DNA of 64,000 nucleotides, from assembly GCF_018977255.1 (NCBI RefSeq), contig NW_024704742.1, positions 102,612,001 to 102,676,000 of the forward strand, read 5' to 3'. Both the position numbers and the translations under genes were made by a program. Below the pieces are notes generated by a model, which did no database searches, was not told the origin of the DNA, and saw only the letters and a program-made list of their open reading frames with translations. This document shows positions 26,120-39,733 of the stretch, one piece after another (the stretch's first letter is position 1; every line of letters begins with the position of its first letter). The stretch comes from Callorhinchus milii (lineage: Eukaryota).

Positions 26120-27485
26120 TAACAACAACAACTTGTATTTATATAGCGTCCTCCACGCACGGTAGAGTCTCAGAGATCTTAACTGACTCCAAGCCGGGGG
26201 AAGGGGAGGTGGCCGTAAGCACGGCCGAAGAAGGTTTTCTGGTGGGACATGAAAAAGGGGAGAGAGGGGACTAAGGCGGAGGGATTGAGGGAGTGTATTC
26301 CAGTTTCGGGGAGTAGTGGCTGAATGCGTGACCTCCAATGATGGAGCAGAGGGTGCGAGGGACGAGCAGGAGGCCGGTGCCAGCCGAGCAGAGGCGTCGG
26401 GTGGTGGAATGGGGAGTGAGGAGGTCGGAGAGTTAGGGAGGTGCCAGGGAGTGAAGGGATTTGAACACAGGTGTGAGGATCTTGAAGTCTATCCATTCAG
26501 TGATGGGGAGCCAGTACAGCCTGGCCAGAACTGGTGAGATCTGGGTACTGATTTTGTCCAAGTAAGTATGCGGGCAGCAGAGTTATAATAGATATAAATA
26601 ATCCTTGCATTTGATATAGCGCTTTTCACATCCTCTCGACGTCTCAAAGCGCTTCACAAAATATGCTGTAAAGTGAATTGACTGTATATTTGTGGGCGAA
26701 ACACGGCAGCCAATTGCGCACAGCAGTGTCCCACAACAATCGTGGATTGAAGTGACGAATATTTTTTATATAATCTATAACAATCTATAATGATCCTGCA
26801 TTGTGGGAATGTTCTACTTCAACAAGAAGCATGATAGATATCAGGATTAACTACTGAATTCTGAATGAGCTGGATCTTTTGAATAGTGGATCTGGGGAGA
26901 CCAGCGAAGAGTGTGTTGGAGTAATCCAGGCGGGAGGTGACAAACACGTGCACAAGGGTTTCGGTTGCATTTGGGGTAAGGTATGGTCAGAGGCAGGCAA
27001 TGTGGAGTAGGTGGAAGAAGGCGCTCCTGGTCAGGGACTGGATGTGGAGGAAGGACTGCTGGGTGTTGAACCGGACACCTAGATTGCGCACTGGTTCGGT
27101 GAGTCTGAGGGAGAGCCCAGGGAGGTTGAGAAGTTTAGATCCACAGGAGTGAAGATATTGATGGGAGCCAAGGAGTATGGCTTCCATCTTGTCCATATTC
27201 AGCTGCAGGTTTACACTCAGCCAGACCTTGATGGCTGCCAGACAAGCTGATAGAACATCAGCGGATCTGGAGTCGGTACTGTAGGAGGCAAAGTAGATTT
27301 GCATGTCATTCACATACATGGGGAAGTTTACCCTGTGTCTGCGGATGACATCGCCCAGAGGAAGCATTTAAATAAGGAAAAGAAGAGGGCAAAGGATGGA
27401 GCCCTTGGGTACCCCGCAGGTGACCGGGTGGAGGCAGGAGGAGAAACTATTTGCTGAGATGAAATGGAGGCGGTTGGTTAAGTAT
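26120..27485 (-). mobile_element. L2 LINE 3' part with RT remnant (tail type B), interrupted at about 26585-26860
   Basis: MLPLGDVIRRHRVNFPMYVNDMQIY...EPVRNLGVRF; highly similar to 12130-13250. Confidence 0.93.
26596..26765 (-). mobile_element. Young SINE 3' portion nested in L2
   Basis: ataatccttgcatttgatatagcgcttttcac...gtgaattgactgtatatttgtgggcgaaacacggcagccaattgcgcacagc. Confidence 0.9.
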
Positions 27486-29721
27486 GTACATATGTATAAA
27501 AAAGAACAGGGGTACATGCTTAATGTGTTTTTGTAGATAGACACATCCGCACTTCACGCTCCAATAATGATCAACTGCTCTGCAAATGCACAGGTTTGTT
27601 ACAGTCTTAAATTAGCATAATTTGACAACATCTATTTGGCTTAAGAAAGGTCAAATTACTAGACCCCAATACGGCTCAGCTGGAATAATAGTCTTCCAAA
27701 AACAGTCGAGAAAAAGAGCTACTTTTATTCAATGCAAGTGCAGATGTTATCAGTACACCCTTCTAATCAGATACAGAAGGAGATCAGTTTAATAAAACCT
27801 CAGATACTGAGCTATACTTCTGTTGACTGGTTCAGCTTGCAGTTTGGTCATTCTCCAGTTGAGCAAAACAGTTCCAGCTTTCTTCACTCAGCTCAGTGAA
27901 AGCCTGCAGGCAATTTGCTGTTACAATGATGTCTTAAACTTAAAATAGAGCTCAGGAAAGCAGCATTAAGAACAGTCGATTAGGAAAACGAGTGAAAACG
28001 TACAACTGCAGTCAAACGAACAATAAAAACGATTACCCTATTTTCCCTCACTGCACAATGATCTGAACAGTGACATGCTGACAGACTTTTTAAAAGAATG
28101 TTAAAATACATAAATGCCAACCATTTATTCATCATTAATGATGTTGCTGTCTCCACAGCAGCTGCATCAGGAGCAATGGATGACCAAACCTGACCACAGG
28201 AAGCCTTGAATGCTTTCTAGCAGGTGTTTATGGGATAAACCCAAGTGATTTGCCTGCTATTGGTTTTAACTATTCCCCTGGTGCTCCCGTTTGCCGTATT
28301 GATGTGCCCTTACGTCTACATGCTGTCTGGATTTTTTTATCCTTCGCCTCCTGTTATTTTCACAGCCCCACCTGTTCTAGCCGTCAACTATCAAGTCTGT
28401 TCAGCTCCAGATGCTAGCAATATCATCCCATCATGTTAACTCGTCACCCTTCCCAACAAGCTGAAAAGAAACAGTTTCACCACTCAGTTATCTGACATAT
28501 AATAGAACTCTCTATAACATAATAGTTTATAACAAGGGGTCCATAAAATCCCAACCAGTAATACAATGGGGTGCTAATGCTGCTGCTCCGTGCTTCTGCA
28601 TTCACTACGCCTTCGAGCAGAAATCTGTGTGTCAGCCAGCTTCCCACAGTAACAAATGGACGACTTCCAGGTCGTCAAATCACTGCCAATGTCACTTCCT
28701 GCGTGACAGAAGTGACCCATAATGCAGAAGTTGGCCATTTTGTAGGGTTGGAACTCATTCCACCAACGCCCAGCTTTTTGAAGGAAGCCTGCTACTGAGG
28801 GTTTGGAGGAAAAGAAAAGTGATTTTTTTTTTAAGGTACAATCAAACAAAGGCATAACTCTGTATGAGAAGAACCAAAACTGGTTGAACAAGTGTATTTT
28901 AACATTGGGCAGCAGTTTACTGGTGGCCAAGTGTCATCGATTGTCTAATGCACACTCGCCATGTACAGAACATGCTCCACCATCCTGACAGTGATCCATT
29001 GGCTCATGGTAAGGCACAAGGTGGAGTGCATCCTTCGACAGGGCAATCCTGTAGGAAGACATTTCATTCCATTAGGAGATTAGGGCAATTCTTACGTTCC
29101 ATTAGCAGCTCTAACTCCTACAGCACAAGCTCAATAAATATATCACTGGATTCATGACAAAACTGAGCAGAAGTGAGCTCTCTGGTTGCCCTGTCAGCCA
29201 TTTGTCTATGATTCACAATGATAGTCTTATTATTTACAAAGTCGAGAAAGATATTAAAAAACAGTTGAAGCAAAAGACTATCTTGTTGTACCTCTGCAGG
29301 TCAAAGAAGGGGTCAGAGTACTGATCATATTAGTTCTCACACTTGCAACCACTTCAAAGGAACAAAGAACAGCACCCAACGTTGTTTTTCTCAATATGGT
29401 GCAGAGGGGTCTGTCCCTCTGTCCCAGTACTAACATAGATTGTACACCACACAAACAGACCTCTCATCTTCGACAATCCTTTACCTAGTCAAGTGAAATA
29501 TTATGCAATGAAGCCAAAGGTTTTCTTCTAACTTCATTAACTGATGCACATAAATGACTGCGTGAGTTTGCTCAAGACAGTGTATGAAGCCCTAGTTTGA
29601 TTTGCGGTTTCTATGGTCACTTGTGATTTTGATCTAAAATGTGTTCAACATCCAGTGCGACATCCAGTCACATAAAATTCAGCTGATCTTTCATTACTCA
29701 ATACACAGTGTATTCCCTGGC

Positions 29722-30510
29722 AAAAACAACAACAACTTGCATTTATATAGCACCTTTCATGCAGGACGGCATCTCGGGGCGCTTATCAGTAGCAAGAGCC
29801 TGATGCCGAACCAGGGATAAGGGAGTAGGTGACCATAGGCATGGTTGAAGAGGAAGGTCTTCAAGCACGACCTGAAAATGGGAAGAGAGGGGACAAGGCA
29901 AAGGGATTGAGGGAGAGAATTCCACAGCTTCGGGGCATAGTGGCTGAAAGCATAACCGCCGATGGTGGGGCGGAGGGTCTGGGGGACAAGGAGGAGGCCG
30001 GAGCCAGTCGATCCGAGACCACAGGTAGTGGTGTAGGGAGAGAGCAGGTTGGAGAGATAGGGGGATGCCAGGCGTGAAGGGATTTTTAAATACAAGAGTG
30101 AGGATCTTGAGATCGATCTGCTCTGTGACAGGGAGCCAATGGAGTTTGACAAGGACTGTCAAAATGGAAGCACGGGAGTTTAGTGTGGGTGAGAATGAGG
30201 ATGTCGGAATTTTTAATTAATTTAATTTTGTGAATAATGGAGCAGGGGAGACTAGCGAATCTTAGGGAGAGATCAGGAAGGGTGAGGAGGTCTGAACCGC
30301 AGGAGAGAGGAGTATGGCTTCCGTCTTGTCAAAGTTCAGATGCAGGAAGTTTGCGCTCATCCAGGCCTTGATGTCTGTCAGACAAGCTGACAGAACATCA
30401 GTGGATTGGTAGTTACAGCTGGAGGAAGACAAGGAGATTTGTGTGTGATCCGCATAGATGTGGAAGTTTACGCCGTGTCTGCGGATGACATGGCTGAGAG
30501 GGAGCATGTA
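29722..30510 (-). mobile_element. L2 LINE fragment with internal deletion (tail type B-like)
   Basis: YMLPLSHVIRRHGVNFHIYADHTQI and LHWLPVTEQIDLKIL...GGYAFSHYAPKLWNSLP. Confidence 0.92.
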
Positions 30511-32101
30511 AAGCCCACAAGCATCCCAACACTCTAGATTCATACCTTATATCAGCTAAACCTTACATCACTGCTGTTTTGAGAAGAACTACTTGGATCT
30601 GTTAACTCTCAGTAGATTTAAAAGGGGGGAAAAAATGTTGTCTCCATTGTAGTTTATCACTTTCAGTATAAACTCAAGGAAAAGCCAATTACATCACGTT
30701 TCCCTCCACTAATGCACAAAGATCCAAGCAAACCAGTACATTCCCCTGATAGGGTTTTACTAAAGTTAAAATGTGTGATGTAGTTATTATATTAGAAATA
30801 CCAATCATCTTAATTGGAAACGTAATAGAACAGTTTACCATTGTGTGCATCAATTGTTAACGCTTTATGTAATTTACAAATTAGTCAGAGCTGTGATTTC
30901 TAATCCTGAAGAATTAATTGAGCAATAAAGGGCAGACTGAATTAACTGGTCTGAGACCCTATCAACTAAATTGCTTTCATGCTGTATCCTTGACAGGCAT
31001 CATCCACAATTCTCTTCCGCCCCAATCTGCCCTGGGATTTTGTGGAAATCAGGCTGCCCTGTATCTCATCATATCATCCAACAATCCACGTTTCAATGGA
31101 AAATGTTGCTCACCGTGAACATGCTTTTACATTCAGTAGCTGCTGATGCCAGATTACCACCATTTGAAACAGATTTTTCCTGTGTCTGTGGCTTTGAGCT
31201 CAATCAATTTTTATATTGCCAGAATTTGCTCTGTCCATAAACCCACTGCCAGAATTCTCTTTTTTTCAAAAAAATCCCTCACTTCAGTGTATTTTAATTG
31301 AAAACTAAATATTGTATTAAAATATGTGTCTGTGTGAGAGAAGAGATTTGAGATAATATAAAGAGAGAAAAATAGGAGTTGCAGGGAGAGAGAGAAAATG
31401 AGCAAGCGTTTTGGGGGGAGGGGAGAGACTAAGCAAAAATGTTTTTTTGTAGTAAAAAGGCAGCTTGCTTTTGCTTGATGAGGCACAGCCAACGCAGAAT
31501 GCAGCATTGCCTAATACCAGCCACACAAAATTAAACGTTGTGTGACACAAGCACGGTATCTTTGCCCTTTCTTCTAAAAATTGTTTGATTTCCATAATCA
31601 AATGTTCCCAGTTAAAGAAATTCTGCCCATCAGAAATGCTTGGCTCCGCACCAGGACTTGTACGTGTTTTTGTTTGAAGCGTGAGCTAAAGCTGCCTAGC
31701 ATTTTATTAAAACTAGATATGCAGACATGGTTAACATAAATGGACCTGCACCCCAAATACACTGGGGCTGCTTCAGCATGCTTTTCTTTTCAAGGCATTT
31801 GTTAAGTCTGTCTCAGACATCAAGTCTAGATAACATCTCAGAGATTAAATATCAATAAATCTGTAATCATTCTGCACATGGTTTTCTTCTTTGATTAAAC
31901 AAAATCTATAATTATTTTATAGGAGCAGGTGCAGCTAAGTGGATAAGTAAGTGCTATAGAATACAATATTATTCTGACAACCTCAAGCTTTCCTAGTGTA
32001 GTTAGCATTTAAATAATAATCCTTACATTTGATGCATTCACAGAAAAGCTGTAAAGTATATTTGCGTACTTTTACACTTGGAACCAAAGGTATTAAAAGA
32101 A

Positions 32102-32215
32102 CAGTGTGTTAGCCTGGCTCAGTTGGTACTACTCTCACCTCTAAGACAGAAGGTTGCGTCTTCAAGCCCCACATCAAGATTTAGAACTCATATTGTCTAG
32201 GTGGACACTCTAATA
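32102..32215 (+). mobile_element. Deu-SINE tRNA-like head only
   Basis: gtgttagcctggctcagttggtactactctcacctctaagacagaaggttgcgtcttcaagccccac. Confidence 0.75.
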
Positions 32216-32249
32216 TAATAAAGCATTTTAAACACATATACTGTATAGC

Positions 32250-32638
32250 TAATTTTGTGAACAGCAATGTCCCACAAACAGCAAATTCCCACAAACAACT
32301 AAGAAGTGATTGATAACAACAACATGCATTTACAAAGTACACGGTAGCACCTCGGTGCACTTGCCCAATATTATATGGCGGGCGGATTGTTGGCCAGGAC
32401 ACCAGAATAAACTCCCTTCTCTTTCCAAATAGTGCCATGGGAACTTTAACATCCACCTGAGCAGGCAGACAGAATGCCTCAGCCAAAGGACGGCACCTCC
32501 AACAATGCAGCACACCCCCAGCACAGCATTCAAGTATCAATCTAAACTATACAAGTTTCAAGTCCTGATATGGGGCTTGAATACACAACCTTCTGACTCA
32601 AAGGTGAGAGTGGTACCAAAAAAGCCAGGCTGACACTG
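32250..32638 (-). mobile_element. Deu-domain SINE
   Basis: Minus strand: gtgtcagcctggc...actctcacctttgagtcagaaggttgtgtattcaagcccc...caggtggatgttaaagttcccatggcactatttgg...gtgtcctggccaacaat. Confidence 0.85.
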
Positions 32639-35600
32639 TTGTTTTAACAATAGCTTTGAGTTACCTTATGTTAGGGTACTCTAATCTACGGTGCATTTGG
32701 ATATATGATAGTGGCTGGGGCGGGAGGGGAGGAAAGACACGGTTTTGCTCCTATGGAGAGGATTCGGGAAAAATAGATGTAGGAGTTAGTCAGTTTAATC
32801 CAACCAGTCCATGATAAAAGGAAGACATTAAAATCAGGTGAAACAACCAAAAATGACATTGGGTGACATTTAAAACAAAGAACAAATATGTAGGAAGTTA
32901 AAATAGGTACAGAGCCTTACTTAAATTACTCCAGTTAATACACTAATCTCTCTCCTCCCCTAACCCAATTGCATCCTGCTGTCAATTTTAGGTCAATCTA
33001 ATACAGAAGCACCCTGCTAGTGACAACCTGTCCAGTCCAGCTGACCACAAATCTGGACTGCTTGCAAAATAGGTTACTATAATATGATGTAAATAATCCT
33101 TGGTGAGAAAAGAGAAAAAAACAAAAGGCATGTTCTACTTTTGTATACAATATTCCAGTATATCTCTTATTAAAAAAAAAGTTCAGGAGAAATACAGTCC
33201 AGTGATTGCATAGTTTGTGCCGTCTCTTTTCAAATGAAACAACAATCGCAAAGAATCAGTGATTAAGTTTTGAAAATGATGTAACGTTTTTTTTATGAAC
33301 CAATATATTATTTCTTATAAGTGTATTAACAGGAAATGTGCTCATCCTCAAACATGTCCATTTGTTAAAAGGAACCCAGTGTCAAAAGGCCAGCAGTAAA
33401 CAAAGCTTGGTTGAAAGCTGGCACATGCAACTCTCCTGATAGTTCAGTGCACAAATGCAATGCGTACTGCACTGCTCCACACCACCTTTTTGCTAGGTTA
33501 AAAGTTTTTTTAAAAAAAACACAGGAGGTTATTAGGACAGGCAATGCCCTACTAACAACAGTGGTTGAAGCAAAATCCATAAGAGCCTTTAAAAGGAATA
33601 AGAAGTTCCTTTAGAGGCAACAGAGGCACATTAGTCCGAATGGCCTTGTGAAATTTTAGAATTCTATGACCAACCTTTACAAAGCAGGAAAGTCCAAGGT
33701 TTAGTTTCCTAGTCTCTGCTGAACAAGTTAGCTTTGGCCACAGCAATTGTGGGAGCTTTACAATGAACTAGCATCAGTAGCCCCAGATAAAGTAAAAAAT
33801 AATTAGCCGGGTACGGATTCCCAATTCCTATACAGTGACACTCCTCTCTGGAAAGTTAGCAAGCACGGAGGTTAGGTAAGCTCAGGGAAGGCTGTGGTTC
33901 CCACTGTGACCAAAAGGTCTGGGAATAATGACCAGCCAGGCTCAGAAGGAAGAATGGCCATGTGAGCTTTGTACTGGTGGCTTGGTAGCTAGCTTCCATG
34001 AATCACTAGCTTCAAGAGAGGGGAGGAGAAAGTCTGGCATAGCAGTTAAAGTTTGTCAGTCATAAGCTGGTGTTCACAGACACTGCCTTAACAATGAACA
34101 CAACATCATACGCCCAGAGGAATGGGGAGTGGGAACAGATAAGATAGTCAAAACTATACCAAGAAGTCTTGCAACAAAAACAAATAAACTGTTTTCTGGC
34201 AAATAGGAAAACGGACTGATGTACAAATAACCCTTCCTCTGCTGAATAAGAAGCATAGCATAGCAAAGCACACTTAGCAAAACAGACAGTACTGCCAATG
34301 AATTAAAGTTAATTTTAAGGAAAAGGAAGAGATGAACACACTAGGAGGTAAAAAAAATTTAGGCCTTACTAGTTAATCTATGCTAAAGGTGGCTGTGCTC
34401 TGGCAAGCTACAATTTGGTGGGTAGGTCCTGGCACTATCCTCCAGCTTTTTTCAAGACAAAGGAGTCTATGTGCAGCAGTGTGTGGTCCACATAACCACC
34501 AGCTGGATGCCAAAGAGACTGAAATGGAAGTTGCAGTCACATTCTCTCGATGAGACCTCAGATAAAACCTAACTAGACTTGGCCAGAAAACGCACAGAGG
34601 ATCAGCTCCAACAAGACTTTGAACCAGTTATAATTAGTCGGTCAAGTTGCATCATCGTGCCTTATAGAAGCATTAAACCAGTTACCGCGAGAACATGAAG
34701 AATGCTATTGACTGCAGAACGTACGGTAACTAATTGCATGGTTTATGTTCTCACTTGTGTTGTATAAATATGTTTCTAAATAGTCAGTCAGAGTTTCCTC
34801 TCATTATCACTATCCAATGGTGAAGGAACACGGTGTCCAAATATTGGGAGAAGGCAGGATCTACCTCAATTGTATTGTCCCTCATAGTTGAAGAACCATA
34901 TACTTACTTTCAAGGCTGACACGTAAAGAATGATCACTTGGAGGAGATAACTGTGGCACTCATACAACTGTGCCCCTGCAAAGAGTCAAAGCATTCAAGA
35001 GCGGACGGGATGGGAGAAAAATAGTGTTGAAACTGGGGGGAAACAATCCTCTCTTTCCCCCTTCCCCCAGGTCAATAGTTAGATGCACAGGAATAATACA
35101 TTGATCAAGATAAGAGCATTGGTTTAAATTTTTCTGAAAAGAAAATTACATTTTTATTTCTTTATCAAGGACTGATCTGCACAAGAGCTCAAACAAGTAT
35201 ATCCTTTTGTCTGTTCTCTGATATCTCAAATCTAACCACAAGAAAGGGAGAAATAACTAAAAAGGCCACAACACAGAATGCAAGTTATATTAAAAAAAGG
35301 AAAGATGTGATGGCCCTCAGACAACACATTATATTTTGACAATAATATTTTGAAATCTCTATAAAATCTCTATATAACTGAAGCCAGTTAAGCCAACTCC
35401 AGAAATGCTCAGATTATGGTGTCAATGGGTGAAGGCTTTTACACATTTCATTGTGTGCAATGTTGTTGCATTTCTAAAGTGCCTGGTTACAACAGTTCTG
35501 TTGCTGTTATGTTGAGTACACCTGGACTTAGGTATAGCATGTGCTGCCTGCCAGTATTTACAACTAGATAAGCTTTCCACCATCAAATGAAAGGATTTTG

Positions 35601-36279
35601 TTTAATTGCCCACTCCTACTGCCAATAATTGCAACAACATCTGTTCTCCAATTTATGCCACCATATTTAGTCTGCCAAAATGGTTCTCAATGTTTTTTAA
35701 AAACATGCATTTTTAGGATAAAATGTTGCTGTTATTGACACAGTTTGAGCACCAATGCATCATATCATTTTATCTCTTCTGATTCCATGGAGGTCAAATA
35801 GTGAAATTAAATTTCCAATACAAAATATATATTTTTTAAAAATCTAGACATAGGCATATGCTAAAGAAGAACACAACAAACAGTCAATGTCTGCAGCTGT
35901 ACATAACTGGTTAAAAAACTGCGCTTTTCTTAATCAGAAAACGCACAAAGCAGAAAGCATCTACGTCTAACAACTTCATGCATTATGCAGAAACCAGTCC
36001 GTAATTGATTAAAACTAGAAAACATTGAATCAGGGCAGATTCTTCATGCATTATGCAAGCTAATGAAACCATCCCGGAGAAGTACTGGGATGCCAGTGTC
36101 TTAAGAATCATAGCATGCATGCACTTTACAACCCTTGCCATCCCCTCCTCCCAAAGCTACCAGCTCCACTCATGAAACACTAAGTTTCATTTTCCCTTAT
36201 GCATGGTGAGATGAGGCTAAATGAAGTAAGATCATAAACTCTGGGGGAAGAGGGAAAGGAAAGATAGTTGAGGGAAAGT

Positions 36280-36530
36280 GACATGTATGTGGTAACACTC
36301 TTGCCTCCGAAGCTTGCGGATTCAAGCCCAACGTCAAGTATTTGAACTCATAGTCTAGGCTGACCTCCAATTCAATGTTGGGGGAGCACTGTATTGTCAG
36401 AGGTGCTGTCCTTCAGATGATATGTCAGGTGGACATTAAAATTCTCATGAAACTATTAAAAAAAGGAATTACTCCTGCCTATAAAATACAGTAATCCGAC
36501 ATGAAAGGTACTATATCAAATGAACAACTC
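36280..36530 (+). mobile_element. Degraded Deu-domain SINE
   Basis: ggtaacactcttgcctcc...gattcaagccc...gtgctgtccttcagatga...caggtggacattaaaatt. Confidence 0.7.
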
Positions 36531-37189
36531 TGTACAGGAACAGATAGAGATTTAAACATAAGACAAAAAGGAAGGTCAGTAGAAATGTTAAAGCTGATGT
36601 GAAAATGTGACAGATTACTATTTGAAGAATGACTACTACACTACCCCAAGAAACAAGTAAAAAAGCGTTTATTATCTTAGGGCTTCTGTTTTCGGGGTTT
36701 AAAAATATAAAATTTTCGGGATTTATTTTTAGGATTTTTTGGAATTCTAAACTATTTGGGCTTTTCAGGACATTCACTTATTTCATATAAGAAGATTCAG
36801 ATGCACCTGTGCTCATGGAAAGGGAGAGAGTGCCCTTGATGTATGTACAGTGCCTCCCACTGCTCACAAATGAATCACCAGACATGCCTATGCACGTGAA
36901 ATGGAAAGACGGAGAGAGATTAGTTGGTATCAGGAAGATGACCATTTACGTAAATCCTGCTCTGCCAATGTGTCTACCCTTTTTTGGACAAAGGTGAATA
37001 GTATGTAGTGAAGATTTGAAAGTCACCGAGTAAATACTGTAGAGTCTCTGGAGTCTGTGCTATGCTAGAGCATCTTCTAATTTTCTGCTACATTGGCAGG
37101 AATGACATTTCAGCAAACAAAAGCTAGGTGCTGTTTGTCCATGAGTAAACCTAGATGTTCATAGTCCGATCTCACATAAATATCCATAT

Positions 37190-37545
37190 CAACAACAACT
37201 TAAACTTCTATAATGCCCTTCGCGTAGGATAATGGTTCAAGTGCTTCGCAATGACGGGGTCAAGCGAGAAGAGGAAGAAGGTACATTTTTAGGTGGAATT
37301 TAAAGATAAGGGAGAGGGCAGAACAGAGAGGTAGACAGAGGGGGTCTGAGATGCTATGCTGTGTGAAGGTTAGTAGTTGGTGTACCTTAAGGCTCAACCA
37401 CCACTGGTGGTGCAGAGGATGAGCAGCAAGCCTGAGTTAGTCAAGCTGAGGGGCAAGAAGAGAGGGACAGGAGAAGGTGATAGAAATAGAGAGATACTAG
37501 AGCATGAACAAATTTCTGGGTAAGGGTGAGGACCTTGAAGTCACG
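37190..37545 (-). mobile_element. Old L2 3' fragment
   Basis: Decayed type-B tail (caacaacaactt...gcccttcgcgtagg) and purine-rich L2 body ending gggtgaggaccttgaagtc. Confidence 0.6.
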
Positions 37546-37989
37546 TCAAGTGGAATATCTAATGCTAATGTTTTTTGCCTGCTCAAGATAGGCAGGAAAC
37601 TACTCTCTTACATCAGCAAAGTGGAAAATATGATGCTTTTGCTTGCTGAATTAAAATAAAGTGCTGTAACCTCACAAGTAAAATGGATTTAGAGCAAGGC
37701 TGAAAGATTACCCAACCAGAATGAAACATGGAGATTCAGTCTCCAAGGTGTACAGTTCAGACTATTCAGACAGAAACTAAGGCCGACAGCACAACTCGGT
37801 AAGAGTCGATTCAAATCAATGGCTGATGTAGACTCAAAGGGAGACAATATTTTATAAAAAAATCTCTAACTTGCTTTTAATGTTGCACCTCATTACAACA
37901 TCTCAAAGTGCTTCACAAAATCTTTACTGTTAAGGGTGGTTTAAGTGCTCCAAAACGTTATTCTATGTGAAAGATGCTATATAAATGCG

Positions 37990-38335
37990 GATTATTGTTG
38001 CGAAGGGACTGCGTATTTCGTAGAGGAACACAGCAGCCAATTAACACATAGCCATGTCCTTACAAATAGCCATGAAGCGAATGACTAATTTTATTGTGAG
38101 GATTGTTGGCCAGAAACGCTCTTTTTCAATAAATGGCCGAGATATTTATCATCCATCTGAACAGGCAGACGGGGACATCCCGTTAATGTCTCATCCAAAT
38201 GGCAGCACCACCAACAATGCAAAGCTCCCCTAGAATTGCACTGGACTATGAACTATGAGCTCAAGTTTTGACGTGGGGCTTGAAAACTTCTGACTCAGAG
38301 AGGAGAGTGCTACCAACTGAGAGATGCTGACACCT
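37990..38335 (-). mobile_element. Deu-domain SINE, degraded
   Basis: gattgttggccag...catccatctgaacaggcagacgggg...tctgactcagagaggagagtgctaccaactgag. Confidence 0.78.
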
Positions 38336-39205
38336 TCCATACAAGTTCCTAATGGCTCAGTGATTAATTTCACAGCCTAGTGTCACAATGAGCTGTGTGG
38401 AATTGATTATTTGTTGTTAGTTGTTCTTAACTGGGCTGCAGTGGGAATGTTACAACTCACTTTAGTACTCTTGCTCGCCAGGTTTGAGAAGAGAAAATCA
38501 TCCAACATTTTGAATTTCCAAATGTCCTCCTATGACCCTGCTAGAAACGCAGATAATAATAATCCTTGGATTTGATATAGCGCTTCTAATTGGTCTAATT
38601 TTTCATGTCTTCTAGACGTCTCAAAGATGTAATATGATATAATATAATATGTATGATGCCATAATAGGATTAGGCTCATCAGTGACACCCTTAAAGCATG
38701 AAGGAAGGTGAGGTACTGGAGACTTGTTGATCCTTGTTTTAGGTAAAGCAGGATAAAAACACCTGGAAATGTTTATAAATATCACATGCGCTTTTCTATC
38801 TTGGCATGGGATATTCTCATTCACAGATCATTTTGTATGACTGTGGTGTAATATAATGCGGCCCTTCCTTGTGCATTTAAAATCTCTTCACAAGGCTATT
38901 CCTTAGTCCCTTCTCTTGTTTGCTGCCTCCTCCAGGAAACTATACATCATAATAATATTAATCCTTACATTTGATTTAGCTTCAGAAGGACATCTCTAAG
39001 TGTTTCACAAGATATACTGTAAAGTGCAGAATGTCTTTTGTATCCATGTAGATGTTAGCCAAAGACTGCATTGGAATTGGCTGTGATGCCTTATTGAGTC
39101 AAATAGCTTATAATTGTACTGTAAGACTTAATCTGGGAAACTGCTGTCCAGGACACAGGGAGAAACTCTCTTCTCTCTTTTCAAATACAGTGGAAGCCGG
39201 TTATG

Positions 39206-39327
39206 CTGTTTCGCCCACAAAGTATACAGTCAATTCACTTTACAGTATATACTCTGAAGCGCTTTGAGACGTCCAGAGGAGGTGATAAGACACCATATCA
39301 AATGCAAGGATTATTATTATTATTATG
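39206..39327 (+). mobile_element. Young SINE 3' fragment inserted next to the transposon left end
   Basis: ctgtttcgcccacaaagtatacagtcaattcactttac...aaatgcaagg(att)n; ttatg on both sides (39201-39205, 39323-39327). Confidence 0.88.
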
Positions 39328-39733
39328 TAGGACACATCGGAGCCGGCTATTCTGTCCGGCTTAAGCGGCGTCCAATGGTAACCCAAATACCATTAACAGC
39401 AGAGGAGCAGCAACGATGCCTCCTCCCTCCCATTGCCATTCCCATTGAACGGGAAGGGACCAATTAGAGAGGCTCCGAGGTGATTGACTGCTTTGGAGCC
39501 ACTTGCGAATGGATGGACACTCCAGCTATTCACAAGCTGCTCCAGCTGTCAATCAATCGCAATGTGACTCCTCCCATCTCCATCCGGGAGCTGCTCATGA
39601 CTGAATGGAGCCTCTCAAGACATAGAAGGCGCTACATAGAACATTCAGCGGAGACCAGCGTGTCAGTTTTTCCGGATTAACCGGATTGTTCTACAAATTA
39701 ACCGGCATATTTAAAACGGTTAAGAATACAAAT

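Noticed and set aside
28690..28716. Hairpin gtcacttc-ctgcgtgaca-gaagtgac
   Set aside because: Only an 8-bp stem with no supporting context; too short for a pre-miRNA.
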